Positions 54,326 to 62,368 of a stretch of 62,368 bases of DNA are shown piece by piece. Each line of letters opens with the position of its first letter. Within the stretch, counting starts at the first letter, position 1. Both the position numbers and the translations under genes were made by a program. Source of the stretch: an uncultured Bacillota bacterium (GTDB lineage Bacteria > Bacillota > Dehalobacteriia > UBA4068); NCBI GenBank assembly GCA_934271085.1, contig CAKQQU010000002.1, positions 1 through 62,368 on the forward strand, given 5' to 3'. Below the pieces are notes generated by a model. It was given only the letters and a program-made list of their open reading frames with translations. It did not search any database and was not told the DNA's origin.

Positions 54326-55467
54326 AATATTTTGCCAGCCTGATTCGCCAGTATAGCAAGGAAGGCGAGCGGGTCTGCGGCGATTGCGTGCGCTGCCTGC
54401 GTACAGGTTCTGCTACTTATATGGTGCTTTGCGACGGCATCGGCAGCGGTATTTATGCCAATATAGCTGCTATAACCTGCGCAGAAAGATTATGCCAGCT
54501 TTTTCGCAGCGGACGCGGCTTTCGCAGCGCCTGCGCAACTGTAGCTGATTCCATGCATCGCGCTCACAGTGAAAATATTCCTTATTCCGCTTTTACCGCA
54601 GTAAAAATACTGCCGGATGGCAATTTCACTGCTTATGGCTTTCAGTCCCCCAGCCCGCTGCTTTTAAGGCAGCAGGGGGCAGAAGCGCTGCAGCCAGTAT
54701 ATTTCCCCGCAGGTATGGAAGTAATAGCAGCTTATTTCGGTATGCTTGATATAGGCCAGCATTTACTGCTGCTTTCCGACGGCATAACCGAATCAGGTAT
54801 GGGCAGGGGTTATAGCTACGGCATAGGCTCCCAGGGCGTTGCTCAGTATCTTACTGTTTTCCTTCGGCGGGAGCATGATGCGGCAGTAATAGCCGATAAA
54901 TTATTGGCGCTTTCCCGGGAACTCAGCGGAGGAATATGCGAGGATGACAGTACTGTAGCCGTATTGACTGCTGCTGAGCCGGAGCGTCTTGCCATAGCCA
55001 GCGGGCCTCCCGCCGATCGGCAGTTGGATGATCAGTTTGTTCGGGATTTTATGAAATCCCCCGGCAGTCATATTGTCTGCGGCTCCACTACTACCGATAT
55101 TGTCAGCCGGGTACTGGGGCGTTCGGTCTACTTTCTTAACAGGAATACTGCCGGATTTGTAGCGCCGCCGGAATACCGCATAGAAGGTATCGAAATGGTG
55201 ACTGAAGGAGCTATGATGCTTAACCAGGTATGTAATATACTTGATGAGCCCTGGGATAATTTGCAGGGAGGCTCTGCTGTGGTGCGTCTGGCACGCTTTT
55301 TGCGCAAAGCCGATGTTATAACCTTTTTCCACGGGCAGGCGCTTAACGACGCTCATGAAGATATGCTTTTTAAGCAGGTAGGCGTCCGCTCCCGCAGAGC
55401 TGTTATCGATCTGCTGCGGCAAAAACTGGAAGCTTTGGATAAGCTGGTAATTATTCTTAATTATTAG
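54322..55467 (+). CDS. PP2C/SpoIIE-family serine phosphatase with a C-terminal domain of unknown function
   Basis: Start overlaps the hydS stop. Metal-binding acidic motifs VLCDGIGSG, LLLSDGITESG and EDDSTVAVL. About 165 aa of uncharacterised C-terminal sequence. Confidence 0.75.
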   Translation: MKYFASLIRQYSKEGERVCGDCVRCLRTGSATYMVLCDGIGSGIYANIAAITCAERLCQLFRSGRGFRSACATVADSMHRAHSENIPYSAFTAVKILPDGNFTAYGFQSPSPLLLRQQGAEALQPVYFPAGMEVIAAYFGMLDIGQHLLLLSDGITESGMGRGYSYGIGSQGVAQYLTVFLRREHDAAVIADKLLALSRELSGGICEDDSTVAVLTAAEPERLAIASGPPADRQLDDQFVRDFMKSPGSHIVCGSTTTDIVSRVLGRSVYFLNRNTAGFVAPPEYRIEGIEMVTEGAMMLNQVCNILDEPWDNLQGGSAVVRLARFLRKADVITFFHGQALNDAHEDMLFKQVGVRSRRAVIDLLRQKLEALDKLVIILNY

Positions 55468-55475
55468 CAGTTGAT

Positions 55476-55511
55476 AAAAATTCCCCCTTCTCCTGGGAAG
55501 GGGGAATTTTT
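55476..55511. terminator. Bidirectional terminator between the phosphatase gene and azlD
   Basis: AAAAATTCCCCCTT-CTCCTGGG-AAGGGGGAATTTTT. Confidence 0.8.
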
Positions 55512-55517
55512 ATCGGT

Positions 55518-55832
55518 TTAAATCAGCAGCTCCAGAATAAAGACTATTACACAGCAGGCTACTGCCACCTGGAACAGGCTGGCGCCGATCCAGGCCAGTA
55601 CTATACCGCCTATCAGCGCGGCCAGCCCTGCCCAGATGCTGCCGGTGGCGTCCATTATGGCGGGGAAGGTCATCACTGCCAGAGTAACATAGGGAACGTA
55701 GTAGAGGAATGACCGGAGAAAAACATTGGTTATTTCCTTGCGTATAAGAGTCAGCGGTAAAACCCGGATAAGGTAGGTTACTGCAGCCATTACCAGTATG
55801 TATATATAGGCATTATGCTCCATTGGCGGCAT
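55518..55832 (-). CDS. azlD: Branched-chain amino-acid exporter small subunit AzlD
   Basis: 104 aa with 3-4 transmembrane segments. Overlaps the azlC stop. Confidence 0.75.
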   Translation of the reverse strand: MPPMEHNAYIYILVMAAVTYLIRVLPLTLIRKEITNVFLRSFLYYVPYVTLAVMTFPAIMDATGSIWAGLAALIGGIVLAWIGASLFQVAVACCVIVFILELLI

Positions 55833-56559
55833 CCTCCTTTACCTTTTGCTTGTCCGTATGCTCCTTTACCGGGAAAAGCAGGGAAGCGGCAGCCGATATG
55901 ACCACAGTAAGAATAATGGTCTTTAGGCCATCGTTAATATCAGCAAACCAGCTTAGCTTGCGGAATGCCAGGCTCAGCCCCATGGAGATGGCTATCAGTC
56001 CTGCCAGAACCTTATTTTTCCTTGCAGGCGGAATGATTATCCACAAGAACATGCCGAAAAGGGCTACTCCCAGCGCATTGACTACTATATCCGGCAGTAT
56101 CTGGCCCATGACCGCGCCAAGGAAGGTGCCGCTGGACCAGCCGGGCATTGCTACTGTCATGGCTCCGAATACATAATAGGGATTCAGCTTGCCATCTACT
56201 GCTATGGAAATGCCGAATATCTCGTCAGTAACTATAAATCCCACCAGCAGCCGGTGGCGCAGAGGTGTGTCGGGGGCCAGTTTCTGGCTGAGAGAGCAGG
56301 ACATCAGGATATAGCGGGCGTTTGCTATGAGGACCATTATCGCTGTTTCCAGATAAGTGGCGCCTGCTGCTATCATAGTAAAGCCTGCATACTGTCCGGC
56401 AGAGGCATTATTGAGAAAACTTGCCAGGGTAGCCTGAAAAGCCGTAAGGCCTATCTGCTTGGCGGCTATGCCCAGGGCAAAAGCTACCGCAAAATAACCA
56501 AGCATAATAGGTATACCGTCTTTCATACCCTTTTTGAACCAGAAAAAATTGTTGTTCAT
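55813..56559 (-). CDS. azlC: Branched-chain amino-acid exporter AzlC
   Basis: AzlC-type polytopic protein (FKKGMKDGIPIMLGYFAVAFALG). ATG 56559 is preferred over the longer track ORF start at 56580. Confidence 0.75.
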   Translation of the reverse strand: MNNNFFWFKKGMKDGIPIMLGYFAVAFALGIAAKQIGLTAFQATLASFLNNASAGQYAGFTMIAAGATYLETAIMVLIANARYILMSCSLSQKLAPDTPLRHRLLVGFIVTDEIFGISIAVDGKLNPYYVFGAMTVAMPGWSSGTFLGAVMGQILPDIVVNALGVALFGMFLWIIIPPARKNKVLAGLIAISMGLSLAFRKLSWFADINDGLKTIILTVVISAAASLLFPVKEHTDKQKVKEDAANGA

Positions 56560-56665
56560 TTTTCTGCTCCTTGGAGTCATTGATCAGATTATTATACATC
56601 TTTTTGTAACAATATGTAAAGGGGCGACAATGTCTGCCACCCTTTTTCTGCCGGGAAATAAATGA

Positions 56666-57310
56666 CTAAATATAATCGGCAGGTTCCATTTCTTCGCCAT
56701 CCAGATACATTTCAAAATGCAGGTGAGCCTCCTGGGCAGATTCTTTGGGAGCAGCCTCCAGAATATGTCCCAATAAGGCTCCTTCCTGTATTTTTTCTCC
56801 TGATTGGGTGCGGGGCTCCAGACAGCGGTAAACGCTTTGCCAGCCTCCTCCGTGCTCCACAGTGACTATGCCTCCCCACTGATCGTCATTGCGGCATACC
56901 GTGACTGTGCCGGCAGCGGCAGCATATACCGGCGTACCTGGCTCGGCTGTAATATCCAGCCCATGATGATAGCGGTAATCACCGAAAGTATCGTCATAGC
57001 CGTAACCGCAGCTCCGGCCGTTTTTACCGGCTATGGGACGCTGCCAGCTTTCCGGAGCCTGATTTTGCTCCTCTTCCTTTGAATCCTCATTTTCATTGCC
57101 CTCGGCAGGCAGTGGATTGTTATCATGGCCGGATACGGCTATAACCTGTTCCTCTTGCTGAGAAGTATTTTCGGCAGCGGTGTTTTCTTCATTTTCCTGC
57201 TGAATGCTGGGGCGGGCGGGCATGGCTGCCACAAAAAGCAATGCCAATATCAGCAGGCTGGACAGCAGCCAGCTTCCTTTTTCACTTTTAATAAAATCCT
57301 GCAGCTTCAT
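56666..57310 (-). CDS. M23-family metallopeptidase with an N-terminal membrane anchor and an acidic linker
   Basis: Motifs HHGLDI and HLHFEMYLDG. ATG 57310 is preceded by GAGGAGG. The track ORF extends to 57382. Confidence 0.8.
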   Translation of the reverse strand: MKLQDFIKSEKGSWLLSSLLILALLFVAAMPARPSIQQENEENTAAENTSQQEEQVIAVSGHDNNPLPAEGNENEDSKEEEQNQAPESWQRPIAGKNGRSCGYGYDDTFGDYRYHHGLDITAEPGTPVYAAAAGTVTVCRNDDQWGGIVTVEHGGGWQSVYRCLEPRTQSGEKIQEGALLGHILEAAPKESAQEAHLHFEMYLDGEEMEPADYI

Positions 57311-57492
57311 TTTGCGCCTCCTCTGTCTTCTTGATTTGTATTTTGGCTGCGGATTGCCAATTTTATACATCGGCATATGCAAATAATACCGATAAAGATA
57401 GCGGCCGCATTATTGCCAGAAAATAGCTGCAGTGATATAATAATTAAGTATATACAAATGCTAGGGTTGCCCAAACCCATAAGGAGGATATT

Positions 57493-58887
57493 ATGGTCAT
57501 CAGATTGTATAACACCATGCATGCCCGCAAAGAAGATTTTGTTCCCAGAGAAGAAGGGAAAGTGGGTATATATTGCTGCGGTCCAACAGTATACAATTAT
57601 ATACATTTGGGTAATGCCCGTCCGCTGGTGGTTTTTGATACTATCCGCCGTTTTTTCCTCTGGATGGGCTGGGATGTTACCTATGTGCAGAATTTTACTG
57701 ATGTTGATGATAAGATAATCCGCCGCGCCGCGGAGGAGAATACAGATGCCCAGAGCATCGCCAAAAAATATATAGACGCTTACTTTGAGGATACCAAAGC
57801 GCTGAATATCATGGAAGCAGATGCTCACCCTCAGGTAACTACTCATATTAAAGATATTATCAGTCTGGTTCAGAGCATTATCGACCATGGCCATGCCTAT
57901 GAGGCTGGCGGCGACGTTTATTTTGATGTCCGTTCTCTGCCCAGCTATGGAGAGCTTTCAGGCCGCGATATCGATGACCTGCGTTCAGGCGCCAGGGTAG
58001 AGGTAGGAGATGTTAAACATGATCCTCTGGACTTTGCCCTGTGGAAAGCTGCCAAGGAAGGCGAGATCTGCTGGGATAGCCCCTGGGGAAAGGGCCGTCC
58101 GGGCTGGCATATCGAATGCTCAGCCATGAGCTGCAAGTATCTTGGACCGGAATTTGATATTCATGGCGGAGGCGCTGATCTTATTTTCCCCCATCATGAA
58201 AACGAGCTGGCCCAATCCAAGGCTGCTGGCTGCAATTTCGCCAAATACTGGGTGCATAACGGCTTTATAACTGTTAATGAAGAAAAAATGAGCAAATCTC
58301 TGGGTAATTTCTTTTTACTTAGGGATATATTGGCCAAGTTCCCCGGTGATGTGGTTCGTTATTATCTGCTGGCAACCCATTACCGCAGCCCCATCGATTT
58401 TTCTGATGATAAATTGGCCTCTGCTGCCCGCAGCCTTAACCGCATCCGCAACAGCTATGCTCTGCTGTTGGACGGCGAAAAGAAAGCTGCGGAAGGGGAA
58501 CCCCGCTTTACCGGTGTAGTGGATAAATGCCGTCAGGCTTTTATTGATGCCATGTCCGACGATTTCAATACTGCTTTGGCTATTTCTGTGGTCTTTGATT
58601 TCTGCCATGAATTAAACAGCTATCTGGCCGAGGATAAGCCGGTCAAAGCTGATATTACGGCTGCGAAAAAGCTTTTTGCAGATTTTGACGCTGTTTTGGG
58701 TATGATAATTCCGCAGGCCAGGGAAAGCGCCGGGCTGGAGGAACAGCTTATACAGCTGATACTGAAGATCAGGGAAGATGCCCGCGCCAAAAAGGACTGG
58801 AGTACGGCAGATGCCATTCGCGACGGTCTGAAGGATATGGGGCTGACCATCGAAGATACTCTCGACGGCGCCCGGGTACGCCGCTAG
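57493..58887 (+). CDS. cysS: Cysteine--tRNA ligase
   Basis: HIGH-type motif HLGNARP and the KMSKS motif. 464 aa. Confidence 0.95.
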   Translation: MVIRLYNTMHARKEDFVPREEGKVGIYCCGPTVYNYIHLGNARPLVVFDTIRRFFLWMGWDVTYVQNFTDVDDKIIRRAAEENTDAQSIAKKYIDAYFEDTKALNIMEADAHPQVTTHIKDIISLVQSIIDHGHAYEAGGDVYFDVRSLPSYGELSGRDIDDLRSGARVEVGDVKHDPLDFALWKAAKEGEICWDSPWGKGRPGWHIECSAMSCKYLGPEFDIHGGGADLIFPHHENELAQSKAAGCNFAKYWVHNGFITVNEEKMSKSLGNFFLLRDILAKFPGDVVRYYLLATHYRSPIDFSDDKLASAARSLNRIRNSYALLLDGEKKAAEGEPRFTGVVDKCRQAFIDAMSDDFNTALAISVVFDFCHELNSYLAEDKPVKADITAAKKLFADFDAVLGMIIPQARESAGLEEQLIQLILKIREDARAKKDWSTADAIRDGLKDMGLTIEDTLDGARVRR

Positions 58888-58890
58888 CCT

Positions 58891-59292
58891 ATGAATTATT
58901 GTACATCTGCAATACCCCGGGCAGAAAAACTGTCACCTCTGGCTTTGGCCTATATAGGCGACGCTGTTTATGAGCTGGCGGTGCGTCAGTATCTGCTGGC
59001 AAAAGACGGCGTATATAATAAGCATCTGCATCAGCAAACAGTAGAGCTGGTGCGGGCTTTACGCCAAAGCAGGCTTTATGATGAAATAGAAGATATGCTG
59101 ACCTTTGAGGAAAAGGATATTCTAAGAAGAGGTCGCAATGCTAAAAGCGGCCATCAGCCGCCAAAAGTCACTGTAGGCGATTATCGAAGGGCGACCGGAG
59201 TGGAGGCGTTGATAGGTTGGCTGTATCTGCAGGGTGAAAATGAAAAACTTATCAGAATATTTGACCGTCTTTTTGAGCAAAGGAGCGAATGA
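58891..59292 (+). CDS. mrnC: Mini-ribonuclease III
   Basis: 133 aa. LALAYIGDAVYEL motif. Canonical position after cysS. Confidence 0.85.
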   Translation: MNYCTSAIPRAEKLSPLALAYIGDAVYELAVRQYLLAKDGVYNKHLHQQTVELVRALRQSRLYDEIEDMLTFEEKDILRRGRNAKSGHQPPKVTVGDYRRATGVEALIGWLYLQGENEKLIRIFDRLFEQRSE

Positions 59293-60122
59293 GAATGACT
59301 AGGAATACTGTGGCGGCCCTTAACAGAAAAGTGGCGAACGGCGAGAAACTGGTTATGGTCACTGCCTATGACTATCCTTCCGCTGTTCTGGCTGAGCAGG
59401 CCGGAGTAGATATGATTCTGGTTGGGGACAGCGTAGGCAATGTGGTTTTGGGTTATGAAGATACGGTGCCCGTATCCATGGATGAGATGATATATCATAC
59501 TTCCGCTGTCAGCCGCGGTGTGAAAAACGCCATGCTGGTGGCTGATATGCCTTATGGCTCATATCAGGCAGGTACTGAGCAGGCTATAGCCAATGCTATC
59601 AGGCTTATTAAGGAAGGCGGCGCCCAGGCTGTAAAACTGGAAGGCAGCCAGTGGTCATCTCTGGTTCATGAGATGAGCAGAAGAGGTATACCGGTAATGG
59701 CTCATCTGGGACTGGAACCGCAGATAGCAGGTCTTTGGGAGGGATATAAGACCCATGGCAGAGATGAAGACACTGCCTGGGCGCTGGTAGACGCAGCCCA
59801 GGAAATGGAAGAAGCCGGCGCTTTTTCAGTACTGCTGGAATGTGTGGCGGTAGAGGCTTCCAGGCTGATCTCGGCAAAAATAGATATTCCTACTATTGGC
59901 ATTGGTTCGGGGGCAGATTGCGACGGGCAGGTTTTGGTACTTCATGATTTATTGGGCATAAATACAGGTCATGTGCCAAAATTCGTTAAGCAATATGCCC
60001 ATATTGGAGAAGATATAGTATCTGCTATCAGGAATTATGCTGCCGAAGTGCGCGAAGGAGTTTTCCCGGATGCGGAACACAGCGTTAATATGGAGGCAGG
60101 AGAAGCCCAGCGCATATATTAG
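59289..60122 (+). CDS. panB: 3-methyl-2-oxobutanoate hydroxymethyltransferase
   Basis: Motifs LVMVTAYDYPSA and LVGDSVGNVVLGY. ATGA overlap with mrnC. ATG 59295 is an alternative start. Confidence 0.9.
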   Translation: MRMTRNTVAALNRKVANGEKLVMVTAYDYPSAVLAEQAGVDMILVGDSVGNVVLGYEDTVPVSMDEMIYHTSAVSRGVKNAMLVADMPYGSYQAGTEQAIANAIRLIKEGGAQAVKLEGSQWSSLVHEMSRRGIPVMAHLGLEPQIAGLWEGYKTHGRDEDTAWALVDAAQEMEEAGAFSVLLECVAVEASRLISAKIDIPTIGIGSGADCDGQVLVLHDLLGINTGHVPKFVKQYAHIGEDIVSAIRNYAAEVREGVFPDAEHSVNMEAGEAQRIY

Positions 60123-60140
60123 ATTCCGGAAACCCGGTAA

Positions 60141-61073
60141 ATGACAATGAAAATATTGGTTTTTGGAGCAGGAGCCATAGGCTGCTTTTACGGAGCGACT
60201 ATGGCTCTTGCCGGTTCTGAAGTAACTTTATATTTAAGAAATGCTAAAAGGGCGGATATGATTGGTAAAAACGGGTTGGGTCTTGCTTATCTGGATGGGC
60301 GCAGTGAACGAAGAGCCCATCCGGAAGTATGCGGCGATCTGGCGGCTCTTGGCGGTTATGATCTTGCCCTTTTGGCAGTAAAGGCTTATGATACAGAGCA
60401 AGCAGCCGCCCAATTATCCTCTGTACCGGGAGATTTTCCTGTGCTTATTCTGCAGAATGGTTTGGCGGACGGCAAAAGGTTATCGGCTTATTTTGCAAGC
60501 CGGCGCTTGCTCCCCACCGTTATCTATGAGGGTGCGCGGCTGGCAAACGATAATACGGTTATTTGCTCCGGTCCGGGATCGACCATTGTTACTGCAGCCG
60601 CTGAAGAAGGGGTATTGACAGCCTGTAAAACAGTGGAATTTATGAAAAATTGCGGCTTGGAGGCATGCTTTGCGGCGAGATCTGATTTTCCCCGGTTTTT
60701 ATGGGAAAAACTGATCATTAATTCGGTCATCAACCCGCTTACTGCTGTTAATAATGTGGTCAATGGCCGGGTGCTGGTTGATAAAAAATTAAGCTGCCAG
60801 GCCAGGAAGCTGGCGGAGGAAGGCGTCGCCGTTGCCAATTCCCTGGGTATCAGTCTTGACATTGATCGTATCTGGCAGGCGCTGCAGGATACATGTAAGC
60901 ACAGCTTCGGCAACCGCTCATCCATGCTGGAGGATATCACCCATGGCAGACCTACCGAGATCCGGCAGATCAACGGTGCTATAGTGGATGCTGGCCGCCA
61001 AAAAGGAATAGCCACACCTTTAAATGAAGAAATGCGGCGGAAAATTATAGAAATGTCAGTCATTGCCGGGTAA
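60141..61073 (+). CDS. panE: 2-dehydropantoate 2-reductase
   Basis: Rossmann N-terminus ILVFGAGAIG and an ApbA/PanE C-terminal domain (SSMLEDI, EIRQINGAIV). Confidence 0.85.
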   Translation: MTMKILVFGAGAIGCFYGATMALAGSEVTLYLRNAKRADMIGKNGLGLAYLDGRSERRAHPEVCGDLAALGGYDLALLAVKAYDTEQAAAQLSSVPGDFPVLILQNGLADGKRLSAYFASRRLLPTVIYEGARLANDNTVICSGPGSTIVTAAAEEGVLTACKTVEFMKNCGLEACFAARSDFPRFLWEKLIINSVINPLTAVNNVVNGRVLVDKKLSCQARKLAEEGVAVANSLGISLDIDRIWQALQDTCKHSFGNRSSMLEDITHGRPTEIRQINGAIVDAGRQKGIATPLNEEMRRKIIEMSVIAG

Positions 61074-61087
61074 AAATAAAAAAACTC

Positions 61088-61116
61088 TTGCATTATTGCC
61101 ATTGTTTTTGTATAAT
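61088..61116 (+). promoter_or_regulatory. Sigma-A-type promoter of tRNA-Ser (TTGCAT-17 nt-TATAAT)
   Basis: Near-consensus hexamers with a 17-nt spacer, 55 nt upstream of the tRNA 5-prime end. Confidence 0.6.
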
Positions 61117-61170
61117 GGATAAGCGGTTTGATTTTGGATAAAATAGATTTGGCAATTTAAAACAGTTTAT

Positions 61171-61259
61171 GGAGTGGTATCGAAGTGGTCATAACGAGCT
61201 GCACTGGAAATGCAGTGTACCTCCGGGTACCGCGAGTTCGAATCTCGCCCACTCCGCCA
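61171..61259 (+). tRNA. tRNA-Ser (anticodon GGA), class II with a long variable arm and an encoded CCA
   Basis: Hand-folded. Acceptor stem GGAGTGG/CCACTCC. Anticodon stem CTGCA/TGCAG with loop CTGGAAA. Variable-arm stem GTACC/GGTAC. T-arm GCGAG-TTCGAAT-CTCGC. Discriminator G followed by CCA. Confidence 0.93.
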
Positions 61260-61261
61260 GA

Positions 61262-61298
61262 AAAGGAGATGCTTTATTAATAAGCTATCTCCTTTTTT
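61262..61298 (+). terminator. Intrinsic terminator after tRNA-Ser
   Basis: AAAGGAGATGCT...AGCTATCTCCTTTTTT. Confidence 0.8.
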
Positions 61299-61507
61299 CA
61301 TGTCTTTCTTATCGGTGATAAAAGCAATAGCCAATTTATTGGCAAAAAGGAGATGTCAGATAAGACATTCCTTTTTTTGCGGGTATTCAGCAGCATAATA
61401 AAAATTTCTGCAAAATATGTATTTTTTCGGCAGGGAAAAGTATCCGTCTGGTTAAATCTTATAGTAACACAATGTCCATAGGGTTTAATCATAACGGAGA
61501 AACTGCT

Positions 61508-62368
61508 TATGAAGACTGCATGCCGTATTGTTTTTACTGCGCTGTTTTGTCTGTCGATTTTATTTATGATGCCCTGTCCCGCTCTGGCCAGTCCATCGCT
61601 GATCCAGTATCTTACCATTACTGACAGCAGCGGCAGGATGTTGCCCGGATATTCTTTTGATACTAATTGCGATACCTATTATCTTTATTTTGATCATCCA
61701 CAGACCTTGAACTTTTGGGCCCGCGCTTATCCGGATGCCTATATGATCGACTCTGACCATAGCAAGGTAAAGGAGATCGGTTTTCAGCAGCAGATAAGCA
61801 AAGAGCATACTGTGGTATATATTTCGGCAGTGGCCGAGGAATCCCAGACGGTAGTCTTTCATCTGTGCCTTGAGGAGCTTTCTGACGAGGATGAAAGTTC
61901 GCAGCAGAACAGCGCTATCGGCAGCGATATCAGCGGAGAACAGCCGGATGATACCCTGGACAAGTATGCTGGAGATTTGGCCGATATTAGCTGCCGCGAA
62001 AGCTTTTTCGAAGAAGAATATGCCGAGGACAGCTATGGTTACGATGATTATTATGCCGGGGACAGCAACTGTGCGGCTGCCCAGGATCCTTTATATATAG
62101 TACTGCAAATCGGCAGTTCTACCGCTCTCGTTGATGAGCATGAATATTTGCTTGATGCAGCCCCTTATCTGGTATCGCCGGGTTATACTTATGTACCGCT
62201 GCGCTTTGTGGCGGAAGCCATGGGCGCTCAGGTTAGTTGGGATGGCAGCCAGCAGCGGGTGGATATTTCCCTGAATGAACGGAGCTTCTCCCTGTTTATC
62301 GGGCAGACTATCGCCGGAACTTCGGCAAGCGCCAGGATAACCAATAGCCGTACTTTTGTCCCCCTGCG
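61508..62368 (+). CDS. Secreted protein, 3-prime-truncated by the window end: signal peptide, cadherin-like beta-sandwich-type N-domain, acidic linker, copper-amine-oxidase-N-like wall-associated domain
   Basis: My own translation from ATG 61508 stays open to the window end (287 codons), so it is absent from the ORF track. Signal peptide ...PCPALA-SP. Acidic linker (EELSDEDESS...YGYDDYY). C-terminal YTYVPLRFVAEAMGAQVSWDG is typical of the Cu_amine_oxidN1-type domain. Confidence 0.7.

Noticed and set aside
57311-57492. A T-box leader upstream of cysS
   Set aside because: The spacer is only 182 nt and AT-rich. It lacks the conserved T-box sequence (AATTAGGGTGGTACCGCG-like) and has no terminator/antiterminator pair.

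Overview
This 62.4-kb window looks like chromosome from an anaerobic Bacillota-type (Clostridia/Negativicutes-like) bacterium. That placement is inferred from gene content only.

**Left ~12 kb.** This is the late-gene module of a podovirus-like prophage. It carries terL, portal, scaffold, an SU10/DUF5309-type capsid, tail/spike genes and a lysis cassette. It is preceded by a non-coding, purine-rich tandem array of at least 36 copies of a 14-nt unit. The array runs off the left edge, ends at a small terminator-like hairpin, and sits where a small-terminase gene would be expected.

**Rest of the window (host DNA), in order:**
- GT4 glycosyltransferase
- FecBCD-type ABC importer
- cdd
- pdxST with divergent pdxR
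- YtrA-type GntR/ABC operon with a 16-bp palindromic operator
- orphan sensor-less histidine kinase
- murT-gatD plus a racemase
- four-domain flavodiiron protein
- two paralogous Rex-linked HydABC electron-bifurcating-type [FeFe]-hydrogenase operons
- HydS-type sensory hydrogenase with a PP2C phosphatase
- ArsR-linked radical SAM gene
- ArsR/P1B-ATPase metal efflux pair
- desulfoferrodoxin
- BceAB-like transporter next to a DUF368 gene
- ArsR-nitroreductase pair
- LysR regulator
- azlCD
- M23 peptidase
- cysS-mrnC-panB-panE
- tRNA-Ser(GGA)
- a 3-prime-truncated secreted protein

**Most interesting items:**
1. The tandem array in front of terL.
2. An ATATCGATAT-type palindrome that recurs in the promoter regions of both hydrogenase operons and of dfx. 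It does not resemble the canonical Rex box.
3. The HydS-PP2C sensory module, which has no cognate kinase in cis.
4. The ArsR-radical SAM pair.
5. The BceAB-DUF368 pairing.

All calls come from reading the sequence and the ORF translations by eye. No database search was run.
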